DNA of 64,000 nt from Podarcis vaucheri (Eukaryota): NCBI GenBank assembly GCA_965113315.1, contig OZ220367.1. The stretch is one strand, 5' to 3'. The notes under the pieces are model-generated. The model was not told where the DNA came from. It saw only the letters and a program-made list of their open reading frames with translations, and did not search any database. A program made the translations under genes and the position numbers. Every line of letters starts with the position of its first letter. Positions within the stretch are counted from its first letter, which is position 1. Of the stretch, positions 52,039 to 64,000 are shown piece by piece.

Positions 52039-55000
52039 TGGTGCAATGCCTGCCAATATCAATGACACCAATGGCTTCCATAACTGACATTGCCTGCCAG
52101 GCAACAGGTTCTCCAACCAGCTAAGGCCTTTCCTTTCAGCTTGCTGCTGCTGCTAGCACACCAAAAGACAAAAGGGCGATTATCATAAAGATATAATCCG
52201 AAATATTTATTTCCCAAAACTATTCACAGACCTTCCAAGTGTCCCCATTTTCCAAGGACAGTCCAGGATTTAAAGAAGCCACCCCAGTTTCTGATTTGAT
52301 CCGAGAATGCCCTGCTTTTCCATAGGCTGTCCCTATTTTCATTGGCGAAATGCTGGAAGCTATGAAAGTTATGTGGGAGGAGACAGCTACCACATCTTTT
52401 GTCCAAAAACACCCACTGATAACACTCTTCTCCTTCCTGCACTTTGATATTCACCTTCCAGCAAAAAGTCTAAGGCCACTGTCTCCTTTGATTAAAAACC
52501 AAAGAAAACAAATCACCCCCCACCACATCATGGTAGCGGGCAGGGCATAAAATTTTCACACTGGCGATACGTTACAAAGATTGGCCCCAGTTGGTGTGTG
52601 TTTTAAAACACACTTCACTGATTTTGTTTAGAAAACTGCAAAACACAATGGGGGAGAACTGGCAGCTCACATTTTGATGGGCAGTAGAAGCTGGAGTATC
52701 TTATACTTCACAGAAGGAATGCAAAAATGGGGAATGAGCTACAAAGAAGGGGAAATGGGGATGCATTAGAAATATCAACATAACTCTACAAAAACCACAC
52801 CATTTTCACAAATTCCATATATCTGCTGGAGTGGCAGCTGTGCCCTCATAGTATTTTCAGTAAGATCTCTCCAAACTGCCCTAAAGGCTTCTGGCTTAAT
52901 CCTACCAGACAATAATCTTACATGCTATGTACGTTTTTCCTGCATAGCTACTGTATACTCCAGACTTTACGCCACCACTTTCCAGTGTCAGTTTCCTCTA
53001 ATGCCTTCCACTTCTGAACCATGGCCAGTATGTGCTACCACTAATAACGAATTCAATAGTGTCGTTGATTTTATTTCCTCATTTCTACCATCAAATATTG
53101 ATAAAGCACAGCTTGAACAGGTTCACTGAGAATACTCCTTAATTCAATTTTTTTTGGGGGGAGGGCTCATTTGTTTCTTGTTTGCTTCCTTGAATCTATG
53201 TGGAGCATCCATGACAAAATGGACTCTCCCCTTTTTTTCTTGAGGAAGAATCCCAACTTTGGGCTCAGAGGTTAACTCTTTGCTCCTGCCCTAACCTATG
53301 GTTGAAATTCCCCCACCACAAACACACACACGCAATGTACTTTTTAGTTGTTGAGGGAAGAAGCCAACTATGTCCATATGCAATGGTGCAGATAAGTAGT
53401 TTTAACTAGACTCCAGATCAAGGTAAGGAATTTGTGGTCCTCTAACATGGCCAATGTTCAGGGATAATAGCGCTATCTAGAGGGTCAGAGGTTTCCTCCA
53501 GCATTTCCCCAATATCCTCCAACATCTCTCTGATGAAAATAGGGACATGCTAAGGAAAAGCGGGGCATTCCAGGATCAAATCAGAAACCGGGGCAGCTTC
53601 TGTAAATCCCAGACTGTTCCTGGAAAACAGGGACACTTGGAGGTCTGTGTTTCCCATGCCTGTTGCAAAGTACTGAGGAATGGCAGTGGATTTGAAGTAA
53701 AGCCTTTTAAATGATGCTTGGTTCCCATATGAGAACCTGCTATGCTGCCCCACCATCAATCTCTTATCCTTCCTAGATTAAAGCAAATATAGCAGCTGGA
53801 GGTCCAATACTATGAATGCTGGGGGGTTTTAAATCATATATTTTTGGACGTGTCCTAAGATCAATATTATAAATTCATTAAAGACGTTCCTGCCTTACAT
53901 ATGCCTTATGATCCTGAAGCTGCCTTGTTAGGTAACTTAAAAGGGGTTATTCAGAAGTCAGATGTGGAATTTAATTGTAGCCTTACTAACAGCTGCAAAA
54001 CTAATAAAGCCACTAATTGGAGGGAACCAAGTCATGCTTTTAAAAAGTTTGGGACTTAATATTTGAGTGGAAATGGCCTTACATAATTTAATTTCAGGCT
54101 GAACGCTGCATCCCAAACTCTTACTTAATGAGCATGACTGCCCCATCAGAAAATAGATGAACTCTCTGATCAGGGCCTCAATTCAGCTTTCCCAGAAGTT
54201 AGTTGCACTGGGCAGCTGCTGTAGGTGTATGAACAAAAAGTACATAAAATCCTTTGACCTTCTACTTTGGAGTCAGTCCTAATAAGCACAGGGCTTATGC
54301 TCACATAGGTGTGCCCATGATTAGATCCCCAAGTATGAAGATAAGATGGAAAGAATGAAAGAGGGGAACAGAAGAATCATAGAACTGTAGAGAAGGCATT
54401 TCAGAAATACGAGTGTTGGTTGTAATGATTCAGTGCCCCCATTAATAGTGTGTGAGGGAGTATTATATGACGAGAGTGAAAGACTAGGGGGTGTACATCT
54501 TTTCCTTCAAAGAATTATGGGCACTGTAGGTCACCTCTCACAGAGTTAAATTCCCAGCAACATTTAACCAATTACAGTGCCCATAATCTGTGACCATTGA
54601 TCATGCTGGCTAGATTCTAGCAACCACAGTTTGGAGAGATACAGCTTCCCCATCCCGGTTTACAAGGTATATCTCATTTTCACTCTAAAGATACTGTGTT
54701 TTGTTCAAAGAACAATCAATATGTCTAATCAACCCTTTAGCTCTAGGTTTAACTATTAATGACTCTAGAATTTTTTTTGTCTTATCCCAAAATACTTAAT
54801 AGTATATACTACATGCCTTACATTTCAAAAAGCATGGGAGAAGATGGCTTATGTTCATCAGTTTGATTAACAACTTCTTCACAGAAGAGGATATGATTAT
54901 CTATAGTTATTTCCAATGTACTTTCAGTCCCCCATAATGTCGCCATGCAATACCAACTAATACATTAGGGGAATTCTAAAAGATTTTGAATTTAGTGGTG

Positions 55001-56537
55001 ATATTAATTCTGGACAAAGTATTCCACTCATCATGCCACATAATACATCCTCAAAGAGTCTTCAGTTCTCCTTGTTCAGCCTTAGCAAAATATCCCTATT
55101 ATATCAACCTGATATTACTGCCAATTTCACACAATAACACTCAGTAATGTTGGAAAATCCGGTCCTCCTTGAGACTTGATATAGTTTATATAATATGCTA
55201 ACTGAAGCACTTCCTAGTTTTTCAGACCAAAGAAAATCTGAAAATTCTTCAAATTAAAATTAATGTTCTTATTTTGTTATTGCTCCATTAAGGTACTTTT
55301 TGTACAGGGATAGCTGAGAACAGGAACAAATTTGGGGGGAGGGCATTCATTTCAATCATAGATGTCGGCACAAACCAAGAAGTCATTAAATTTTCCCCAT
55401 TTACCTCCAAATAACCATCCTATAGTGGTTTATGTTCTGCTATTTCTCCTATACTGGTTTCATCCAAATATCAAGAGACTTAGCTGGGAGCTTCTCCCTA
55501 GGGAACAGATCAGTTATGGGCTATTTAGGTTGCAACCCTATAAACATTTACCTAGGAACAAGTCCCACTGAACTCAACTGGGAGGGCCACTTGCAGTCCC
55601 ACCACTGAGTATTGCTTGCCATGTTGGGATGGGAAACAGAGCCTTCTCAGCAACTGCACCCCAACTTTTTGCCATTTCTAAAAACCTGTATTTTCTCCTG
55701 AGCCTTTGGAGGAATCAATTAATCCTGCCTTGGGGCCAGGTTGTCTGCACTGCATAGTTTTAATACTGTAATGTTTGTACTGTAATGTATGCAATTGATT
55801 TTAATTAACTATGGTTTACAATGTTCTACTATTGTTCTACACCACTTTGGAAACTGGTGAAAGGTAAGTTTAATTAAACTAAATTCAGTAAGACTTACTT
55901 CTGAGTAGACATCAATAGGATCACGTTAAACTGTCAAGACTTAATCCCATCCAGTTGGCTATTTTCTTTAAAAATTTTGCCAAAGAAAATTTAATATTTT
56001 TGCCAAAGAAAACCATTTTGTGATGCAGCTTTCCTTTGATTTCCACAATGTAACTTCATCCACTGAAGGCAGGCCATATGGGAAGATGTAAAATGCACTG
56101 TGTCCTCAAAGGTCCCAAGTCCTTTTCACATTGTGTGTATGAAGTGAGGGAAGAATTGGAACCAGATTAACTGCGTGTAGGCTCTATTCAGATCTTAATA
56201 TGAAAAGGAGTGGAAGTGGAAGTGGGAACTGCAAACGTAGTCTACATTACACAATATGTATTCTGGTTAATATTTTGCATCCGCTACATGGGGAAGGGCA
56301 ATAGCTCAGTGACAGAGCAGGTTCAGTCCCTGATATCTCCAAAGTCCCCTACCTACACTGTAGAGCTGCTGCCAGTCAGTGCAGATGATACCAAGGACCC
56401 AGCTACACAGCTGCAAATAAAAACGTTTTAAATGTGTTGTAAGGTGAAATATACAAATGTGACACTAGATGGCGACAGTGAGCTGTGCAAAATTCAATGT
56501 ATTTTTCACAACTTTTTTTAAAAAAAAGCATTTTCAC

Positions 56538-57042
56538 TTTTTTCCGGGTCGGGTTGGCTCGCCTGCATTTGGCCTTTCTGCTTATCCCTACACACCAATA
56601 TGAAACCCACCACCATGGAGATCCTGCTGCTTCTCTTGGCTGCATTCCCTGTCCTGGGGGCCAATGATCCTACTGATCCAAACAGCCCCTTTTATTACGA
56701 CTGGTACTTGCTGCGTGTTGGCGGTTTGATTGTTGCTGGTGTACTCTGTTTTCTGGGAATTGTTATCCTGCTGAGCGGAAAGTGCAAATACAAACCTAAG
56801 AGGAAAAACAGTGTCCACACCGTGCAAAAGCTCCCGCTTGCAGGAGAAATCAGTGAATGCTGAGTGAAGATAATGACTGCTCCCACTAACATACAAGCCA
56901 TACCTGTCTCCTCTCTCAATTGATGTAACACACTGGATCTTTCAGTGTGTTTTTGGGCCCTCACACCTGTATTAGGTTTTGTTTTGTTGGGGTTTTTTTT
57001 TAAAGAGACATATAATAAAATTCTGGTGTTTTTCCTGGAGGG
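56538..57042 (+). pseudogene. FXYD3: Processed retrocopy of FXYD3-like mRNA (5' UTR, CDS, 3' UTR); possibly a retrogene
   Basis: Intronless; 18-bp TSD AAAAAAAAGCATTTTCAC (56520-56537, 57043-57060); TTTT/AAAA L1 endonuclease site; AATAAA at 57014-57019. Confidence 0.9.
56600..56863 (+). CDS. FXYD3: FXYD domain-containing ion transport regulator (FXYD3-like), intact 87-aa ORF
   Basis: Signal peptide ending [15 protein letters not shown] motif, [26 protein letters not shown]; closest to recalled FXYD3 sequences. Confidence 0.88.
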   Translation: MKPTTMEILLLLLAAFPVLGANDPTDPNSPFYYDWYLLRVGGLIVAGVLCFLGIVILLSGKCKYKPKRKNSVHTVQKLPLAGEISEC

Positions 57043-57237
57043 AAAAAAAAGCATTTTCACAGCGTTTTGTGTGTGTATGTGTGTGTGTAGATTCCACCCT
57101 AGTTAGATGAGGAAATGATTTGCCTCGGTATAACACTGCTTCCTATGAATGACTCAACAGGACCAATGACATATATATACAAACACACATATACAAAGTA
57201 TCCCAAGCCAAGACAAATAATTTATTAAGTGATAGGA

Positions 57238-57274
<37 letters not shown>

Positions 57275-57850
57275 GTTTTGTATTTGAACAAACCCTGATA
57301 GGGTTGGTTAAGAAAGAGATGGACCAACAATTTGGAAAAATATTAGAAGAACTGGTGACAAAATAATGGAAGCGAAGGGAGCCACGGCTTTATGATCATA
57401 TTGTGCCTCCCATCCATATCTATTCAGTTCCAGTTGCTCTTGGGCAGATGGGAAATGAGAAAAAAGATCCATTTTCTCAGAAGAAAGAGAGAGAGAGTAA
57501 CCGTTTACAAACTGTGTGCTGTCAGACATCTGTGTGCCACTGCCAACAGATGTTATTGTAATTATGATTAAAATGCTACAGAAATTATAATAATCCAGTA
57601 AGTCATGTTCATAAATTCATCTACATTGAGCACTTGACTGAGGGAGCAACACACACACACACACACACACACACAGGCTATTCTGTGTTGGAAAAGCAGG
57701 GAACAGGTAATTAAGATACAATTGGGAGAAGCAATCTGGAGCAGGAAACTCCTGAAGCAGCAGTGCTGGAGCAGCAGTGGCAAATCTCTGCTGGTCAAAC
57801 GCATCACTACATCCCACAAACAAGGTAATAACTCCCATGTGTGGCTTAGT

Positions 57851-58105
57851 GAGCCAGTGTGGTGTAGTGGTTAAGAGTGGTAGTCTCGTAATCTGGTGAA
57901 CTGGGTTCGCTTCCCCGCTCCTTCACATGCAGCTGCTGGGTGACCTTGGGCCAGTCACACTCCTTTTAAGTCTCTCAGCCTCATTCACCTCACAGAGTGT
58001 TTGTTGTGGGGGAGGAAGGGAAAGGAGATTGTTAGCCGCTTTGAGACTCCTTCGGGTAGTGATAAAGCGGGATATCAAATCCAAACTCTTCTTCTTCTTC
58101 TTCTT
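57851..58105 (+). mobile_element. tRNA-derived SINE with (CTT)n tail
   Basis: Near-identical to 14161-14402; TSD CTTAGT. Confidence 0.88.
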
Positions 58106-58461
58106 CTTAGTTGAAGGAGCTAGAAGATAACCTGGGGGGGCGGGGAACCACTGGGGAGAAAAGCCTCCTAAAATGTTGACTGGCTGTTGCTGTTTCTAGA
58201 ATACAGGAAGTGTCTGCCCCTCCCCAAGTTCAAATATTCAGCAGGTGGGTAATCTGTCCATTTAGGTTTATTTTGGTTTCTCATTTTTCCGAACTTAACT
58301 TTGGTTTTCCACATTAGTTTGCTAATTATTTTTTTTTAAGTCCTCCTGGAAAATATCAGGTTTTTTAGTGCAAATTTCTCCCAGTACATACATTTGTATG
58401 CAGTTTTGTATAGTAGACACTTTTTTTCCAGTGTGGTTTTCCTTGATATAACAGATCTATG

Positions 58462-58711
58462 TAGGGTTGCCATATTTCAAACAGTGAAAATCTGGAATTT
58501 GCCCAAAGCTGTGGAGGTTTTTTTTGGCAAATTCATGGGTTTTTGAGCCGTTTTAAAGGAAAACTGACAAAAATGACACTGCCGACATGGGTTGCCATAC
58601 GTCCGGATTTTCCTGGACATTTTTGCTATTTCCACCCGGGTGCTGCTTCCAACTGCAGCATTCTAGATATGTCCGGGAAATTCTGGACATATTCTAACAA
58701 TGGCAACCCTA
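58462..58711. mobile_element. TIR MITE (TAGGGTTGCCA...TGGCAACCCTA)
   Basis: Perfect 11-bp TIR plus an internal GGGTTGCCAT copy. Confidence 0.75.
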
Positions 58712-58795
58712 GATTATTTATGTTCTTTCCATCCACTCCTTTGTCCATCCCACAGCCCCCAGTGTGGATCACGCCCTGTAATATAAGTGGAAATA

Positions 58796-59040
58796 CAGTG
58801 GTACCTCCGGTTGAGTACTTAATTTGTTCCAGAGGTCTGTCCTTAACCTGAAACTGTTCTTAACCTGAAGCATCACTTTAGCTAATGGGGCCTCCTGCTG
58901 CCGCTGTGCCACCTGAGCACTATTTCTGTTCTCACCCTGAAGCAAAGTTCTTAACCTGAGGTACTATTTCTGGGTTAGTGGAGTCTGTAACCTGAAGTGA
59001 TGTAACCCGAGGTACCACTGTACACTGTAAACTTAGTTCC
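58796..59040. mobile_element. Tc1/mariner (Tigger-like) MITE, inverted relative to 25330-25571
   Basis: TA|CAGTGGTACCTC...GAGGTACCACTG|TA. Confidence 0.9.
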
Positions 59041-59743
59041 CTCTGCTCGCAAGTCAAGGAGGGGAGAAAACCCTTCTGAGCTCTCACACCAAAGTGTTCT
59101 CTAATTTGTAGTAGGCAATGCAGAGCTAAATGGACCAATGGTCTGACTCTGTACTAGACAGCAGTCTTTGTACCTCCTTATGCTCTCAGGACTTGAAACT
59201 ATTTATTCTCATCTGTGTTTTAAAAGCCATCTTAGAAGTATTTCATGCTGCCTATGTTGGTTTTTAATGGGATCATTCTATTCTTTTAATTATTGTATAT
59301 TCCAGTTTTTCACTAAATTTGATACAATTTTGCTATGGTTGGTGGCCATTTCATGTGATGACGATGCAGCAGTCAAGAGGAGGGAAGGAACTTGCCCCAT
59401 ATGGATTTAAGGTTGCCACGAAAAGAGCACTGCATTTTTATTTTTTGTCTATTCCTTATCTCTGTTTGCTCAATAACCATTCCCAGTTGCCAGATGTATT
59501 GGCAAAATACTTTTGGTTTTTTACAACAGATTTGTCACAGCGAGATCCTTGGACCAGATCTCGGAGAGGACCAGATGCCTATTGCTGAGACAAGAGATGT
59601 CTTTTGGATTGTTTGGAAATGATTTGGGGCTGGCAGAGAGTGAGAAAATTCCAGGATCTGAAAGCAGGAGGCTGCATGTACCTCTAGCTTCCCTCTCTCC
59701 CAGCACCCATCTCTAAGTAGCAGGAGAACAACTCATCCTGATT

Positions 59744-60200
59744 GTCAGGGACTGGCTAGGCAAGGAGGAATGGTGCAAGGAAGGCATCAGAGGGGGGAGG
59801 CTCTGAGCCAGGAGAATGGTTGCGGGATGCAGGAGACAGGTCAGAGGAAGACAGGGGCGCAGATGGGTTGGAGATTGAGCAAGCAACAGGTTTAAGTGCG
59901 ACCAAGGCTGCTGAGAAGGCGACTGATGTTGGAACAGATCCCCAGCCACCTGCCAGTTCCACTGTTTCCTTCTCCCGTACTCCTCTGTCCCCAAGAACAA
60001 AGAGGGGGTTATATGTAGCAGAACAAAAGACACAGAGAGCCCTCCTTGAAGGAGTTTGTGACTGTTGGGTAGGCAGCCGCTGGTGAGGAGCCTTAAGAGG
60101 AAGTTGGAGGCTCAGATCCTCAGTTCTGGCAACTGCCTTACCAGGCTAGTCCTGCCCATGGAGTTCACTGTTGGGTTTTGTTTCTCTGGATAAAGAATCA
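59744..60200 (+). mobile_element. Possible LTR-retrotransposon-derived segment
   Basis: TGTCAGGGACTGGC start and purine-rich body like lacertid LTR repeats; right end not resolved. Confidence 0.35.
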
Positions 60201-61325
60201 GGTAGATGGGGATTGTTTGAGCATGCATAGAAACTAGCCTGGTGTACAATGGTAAACGTTATAGTCATTGCCCCGCCCACTTTGCTCTAGCCCCGCCCAC
60301 CACTGGCCCCTAGAAGGCAATGTGGCCCCCAGCCTGAAAAGGATTCCCCACTCCTGCTGTGGCTCTTGCTCTGCGGCCTGCACACATGTTGCTGAATTGG
60401 ACTAGGGAAGTGGCACAGCTCAGGCTCGAGATAAAAATAAAATAAAATTAGGAACTCCTATTCTGTGTTACCAGCACAACATAAAAGCCGAGATGTTATT
60501 TTAATCTTCTGTGCAATAAGACACAGCTGTTTTTGAAGCCAGTAGGATTGCAGGGAGTTATTTACACAGTACAATGTACATTTTTAGCAACACTTGGGAA
60601 CTAACTACCCAGTAATTAAAAAAAAATAGAATTAAATTGCAATTTTAAAACCGAGACTGGAGTTTTAATCATATTTTACTTGGATGTAATGCACTTGAAG
60701 TACTGTGTATTATCACACTTCTTAAGCAGAAATATATCCATGGGTATTGCTTCATTGCTGGATCCTAGACTCACATATCTGAAAGAATGTTCATGGTCCA
60801 GCCAAGAAGTGGGACAATAGGAGATGTTTCTGCTTAGGGGCATTGCAATAAGTGACAACCACCTCTCCAAATCTACCCTCCCCATTCTGTTACAAGCCAG
60901 TCAGTTGTTTTTCCTGGAACCAACTTTGAGGAGGAATGGCAAATTGCAGTTTAAGCCACCAACGTAACGTTTTTTCCAACTGAGTCAGTCAAAAAGCCAT
61001 CAAACTCTGGCTTACGTGCATTTTTAGATTTCCATATAGCAGCAGGCTGGCAGGTGGGTGAGGGCACCGACCCTGGGCCAAAGCACTGTGTTCAAGGAGA
61101 TACAACCATTTTTCACCTATGGTGCCAGATCTAGGATAGCTGAAGCACACAGATACTAGCAGCACTTAATCAGCTGGCTGATAAGTATGTGCAAAACAGC
61201 CCTTTCACTCTGCCTCACCTTCTTTGTGGGGTAGTTGTTGGAATGAAATGAGATAACCACATTTGCACCACCATCAGCTCTTCAAATAAAGGGTATGTTA
61301 TATACAAAAAACAACTGTGCTGTAT

Positions 61326-61657
61326 AGACAGTGTGGTGCAGTGATTAGAGTGCTGGACTAGAACCGGGGAGACCAGGGTTCAAATCCCTGACATGAAGTG
61401 ATGTTGGGCCAGCCGCAGTCTCTCAGCCTGGCTTATGTGACACAGGATTGTTGTGTGAGGATATAGAGAGGTAGAACACATGCCACTTTGAGTTCCACAG
61501 AGGGAAAGTGGCATATAAATGTAAAAGGTAAAGGTAAACGGACCCCTGACCATCAGGTCCAGTCGTGGCCGACTCTGGGGTTGCGATGCTCATCATGCTT
61601 TATTAGCCGAGGGGCCGGCATACAGCTTCTGGGTCATGTGGCCAACATGGCTAAGCT
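61326..61657. mobile_element. Old tRNA SINE (+, 61326-61522) followed by a truncated Sauria SINE (-, 61524-61657)
   Basis: CAGTGTGGTGCAGTG...GGTTCAAATCC head; AAAGGTAAAGGTAAA Sauria tail. Confidence 0.75.
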
Positions 61658-63470
61658 CTGAATTAGACAATGGAGAATCTGAAAAATGTGCGAAGGATAA
61701 GGCTATCAGTGCCTGCTAGCCACAATGGCTATGTTCTCCGCTGCTGCTGTGGAGCGCAAGTGGGGACAGCGCCATTTGCACTCATGTCCTTCTTGCGGGC
61801 TTTCCACAGTCATCTCCTTGAGAACAGGAAGTTGGCAGACAACATGAGCCATGTGATCCCGCAAGGCTCTTCTTATGTTCTTAAGATCAGCACCCCTAAT
61901 CATGCAGGGAGCCCCAAGTAGAAAAGGCTCCCCATTGCAAACCATATACCCAAACGTAGGGAAGTTGGCAAAAGCACAGGGGGGTGATGGGAACAGGGCA
62001 AAGGGGGCAGTTCTTTTCTGATCATTCATGGCTGCTGTGCCTGAAGAGGGCTACAGTACCAGTAAAATTGCATCGCCATAAATAAAGTGTTTCAAAATCA
62101 ATACAGGAGATTTTAAAATAATCCGACTGCAATCCCTTTCTTCTTCTTTCTTTCTTGGCCGTACAGTAGTAAGAACTCGGGACTTTGCGCTTTCAGAAAA
62201 CAAAAGGCACCTGCTGACAAAGTTAATGCTCAGTAACTCCAGAAACATTTCATGCCACAGAAAATCCTGTTTGCTTCACTTCCTGTATAAAACAAAACCC
62301 AGCGATGGTGCCGCAGACTAGAAGCCCCAAGGAGTCTAAAACTAAAGCAATTCTAAACCCATGGACAAAAACAAAAAAACTGTGACCCAAAAACAAATCC
62401 CGCTGCCTGTTGGCCAGGCTTTGTTTTCCATTAAAAAAAAAATTAAGGTCATCCCTCCAACTTTATATTCAGCTGAAAAATGGGGGGGGGGAGTGTTTTA
62501 GTCTCTTTTTCAACATTGTCTTTCTTTCTGCTTTGAAAAGTTGCTAAGGGAATGGCTCTGCATAAGGTCAAGCAGGAGAAATCCTGCTGGGAGACTTAAT
62601 GCAGCCAAAACAGCAGGTTTTTCTCCCCCTTCTTTTTTTAGATTAATGCCACTCGGTTTCCACCACCCCCCCCCCCTTAAAGGGAGATCATTACTGTTCC
62701 CATTTCTTACTGCATATATTTAATATAATATTAATGTACAGGGTGAGGAAGGCTCAAGAGGCTGTAGTAGCAGCAGTGGGGGTCAGGGAGGGCGACCGCA
62801 GCCACATCAGTGCACCAAGATGGAAACAGAGACTTGCTAGGGAAGCAGAGGGTTGCTGTGGGAAGGACAGCTCACCAGCAATTCAAAACCCACAAACCCA
62901 AGACCACCCTATCAAGTGCAATAATCATCAAGTCTCCAACATCCTCATTAAATGTTAAGTCATTAGGCATCACATAAAAGAAAACCATTTCAACATGCCT
63001 TTCCCTTTTTTATATACTTAGCGCCTTAAAGCTATGGAAATGAGGAAGCAGAGGAAAAAATGCTTGGGGTATTAGCATATCATTGGAAATTACCATCCCT
63101 TCTAAATTCCAATGTGCACTCAGCTAGATTTTCAAGATGTTGCATGCTAGTTAGATAGTCTCCTGTTCCACTGGATAAGTTTCTTGTTATGTACTGAACT
63201 TTCACACTTGACTCCAAGCATATTTCATTTCCTATCGGAGAAAAACAGCATCAAAACTAGCCGGCCCCACAGCAAAGTTGTGACAAGGAAGGGGTTGGCC
63301 GTTGGCTAGGGTGGGGCAACATGCCATGGCTATATGAAAATGCAATAGTTTATGGATGATCCTCAGCCAACTACAGGTTACACTCACTGCTTTGGAGGTC
63401 CCAAGACTCAGTGCACCACCACTGTTTCCCTGAAACAAGGAATTTCAACCTCAGAGAAAATATTACGGCT

Positions 63471-64000
63471 AATAATAATAATAATAATAATAATAAATTT
63501 TGTTTATATCCCACCCTCCCCAGCTGAAGCCAGGCTCAGGGCGGCTGACAACAACAAAATAGTACAACCTTCTAAAATCATTTCATTATAAAATTAATTC
63601 AAATCAAATTGATGGCAACCATTGGGCTAGAGTTCTGTGAGGAATTACCAAAGGAGGGGGGTCAGGCTGTGCCCTGACAAAAGGTGGAACAGCTCTGTCT
63701 TGCAGGCCCTGTGGAAAGATGTCAAGTCCCACAGGGCCCTAGTCTCTTGTGACAGAGCGTTCCATTGGAGCCACAGCCAAAAAAGCCCTGGCTCTAGTTG
63801 AGGCCAGCCTAACCTCTCTGTGGCCTGGGAACTTCAAGATGTTTTTTTTAAAGACCGTAAGTTCCTCTATGGGACATACCAGGAGAGGCGGCCCCATAGG
63901 TACGAGGGTCCTAGGCCGTATAGGGCTTTAAAGGTTAAAACCAGCACCTTAAAACTGATCCTGTACTCCACCGGGAGCCAGTGCAGCTGGTATAGCACCG
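63471..64000 (-). mobile_element. L2 LINE 3' fragment (runs off the window)
   Basis: Reverse complement of about 39340-39857; (AAT)n tail. Confidence 0.9.

Overview
Eukaryotic genomic DNA from a squamate reptile, most likely a lacertid lizard (inferred from Sauria SINEs, Bov-B, tRNA/CR1 SINEs, L1, L2, CR1 and Penelope fragments). The window is mostly repeat-rich non-coding DNA, probably intronic or intergenic. Best-supported features: (1) a full-length, intronless FXYD3-like retrocopy with an intact 87-aa ORF and an 18-bp TSD (56538-57042), inserted in a repeat that carries a CTCF-like motif; (2) a 5'-truncated young L1 with about 1.95 kb of uninterrupted ORF2 and a 14-bp TSD; (3) two short TSD-bounded elements with an L1-type YY1 5' end, a shared 3' end and no ORF2 (a HAL1-like/non-autonomous family); (4) a Penelope fragment with a minimal type I hammerhead ribozyme motif; (5) three solo LTRs with 5-bp TSDs plus many Tc1/mariner and hAT MITEs. 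A few minus-strand exon-like open frames (4604-4867, 6404-6496, 22193-22285) may belong to a host gene I cannot identify. All coordinates were read by eye; repeat family names come from recalled consensus features, not a database search.
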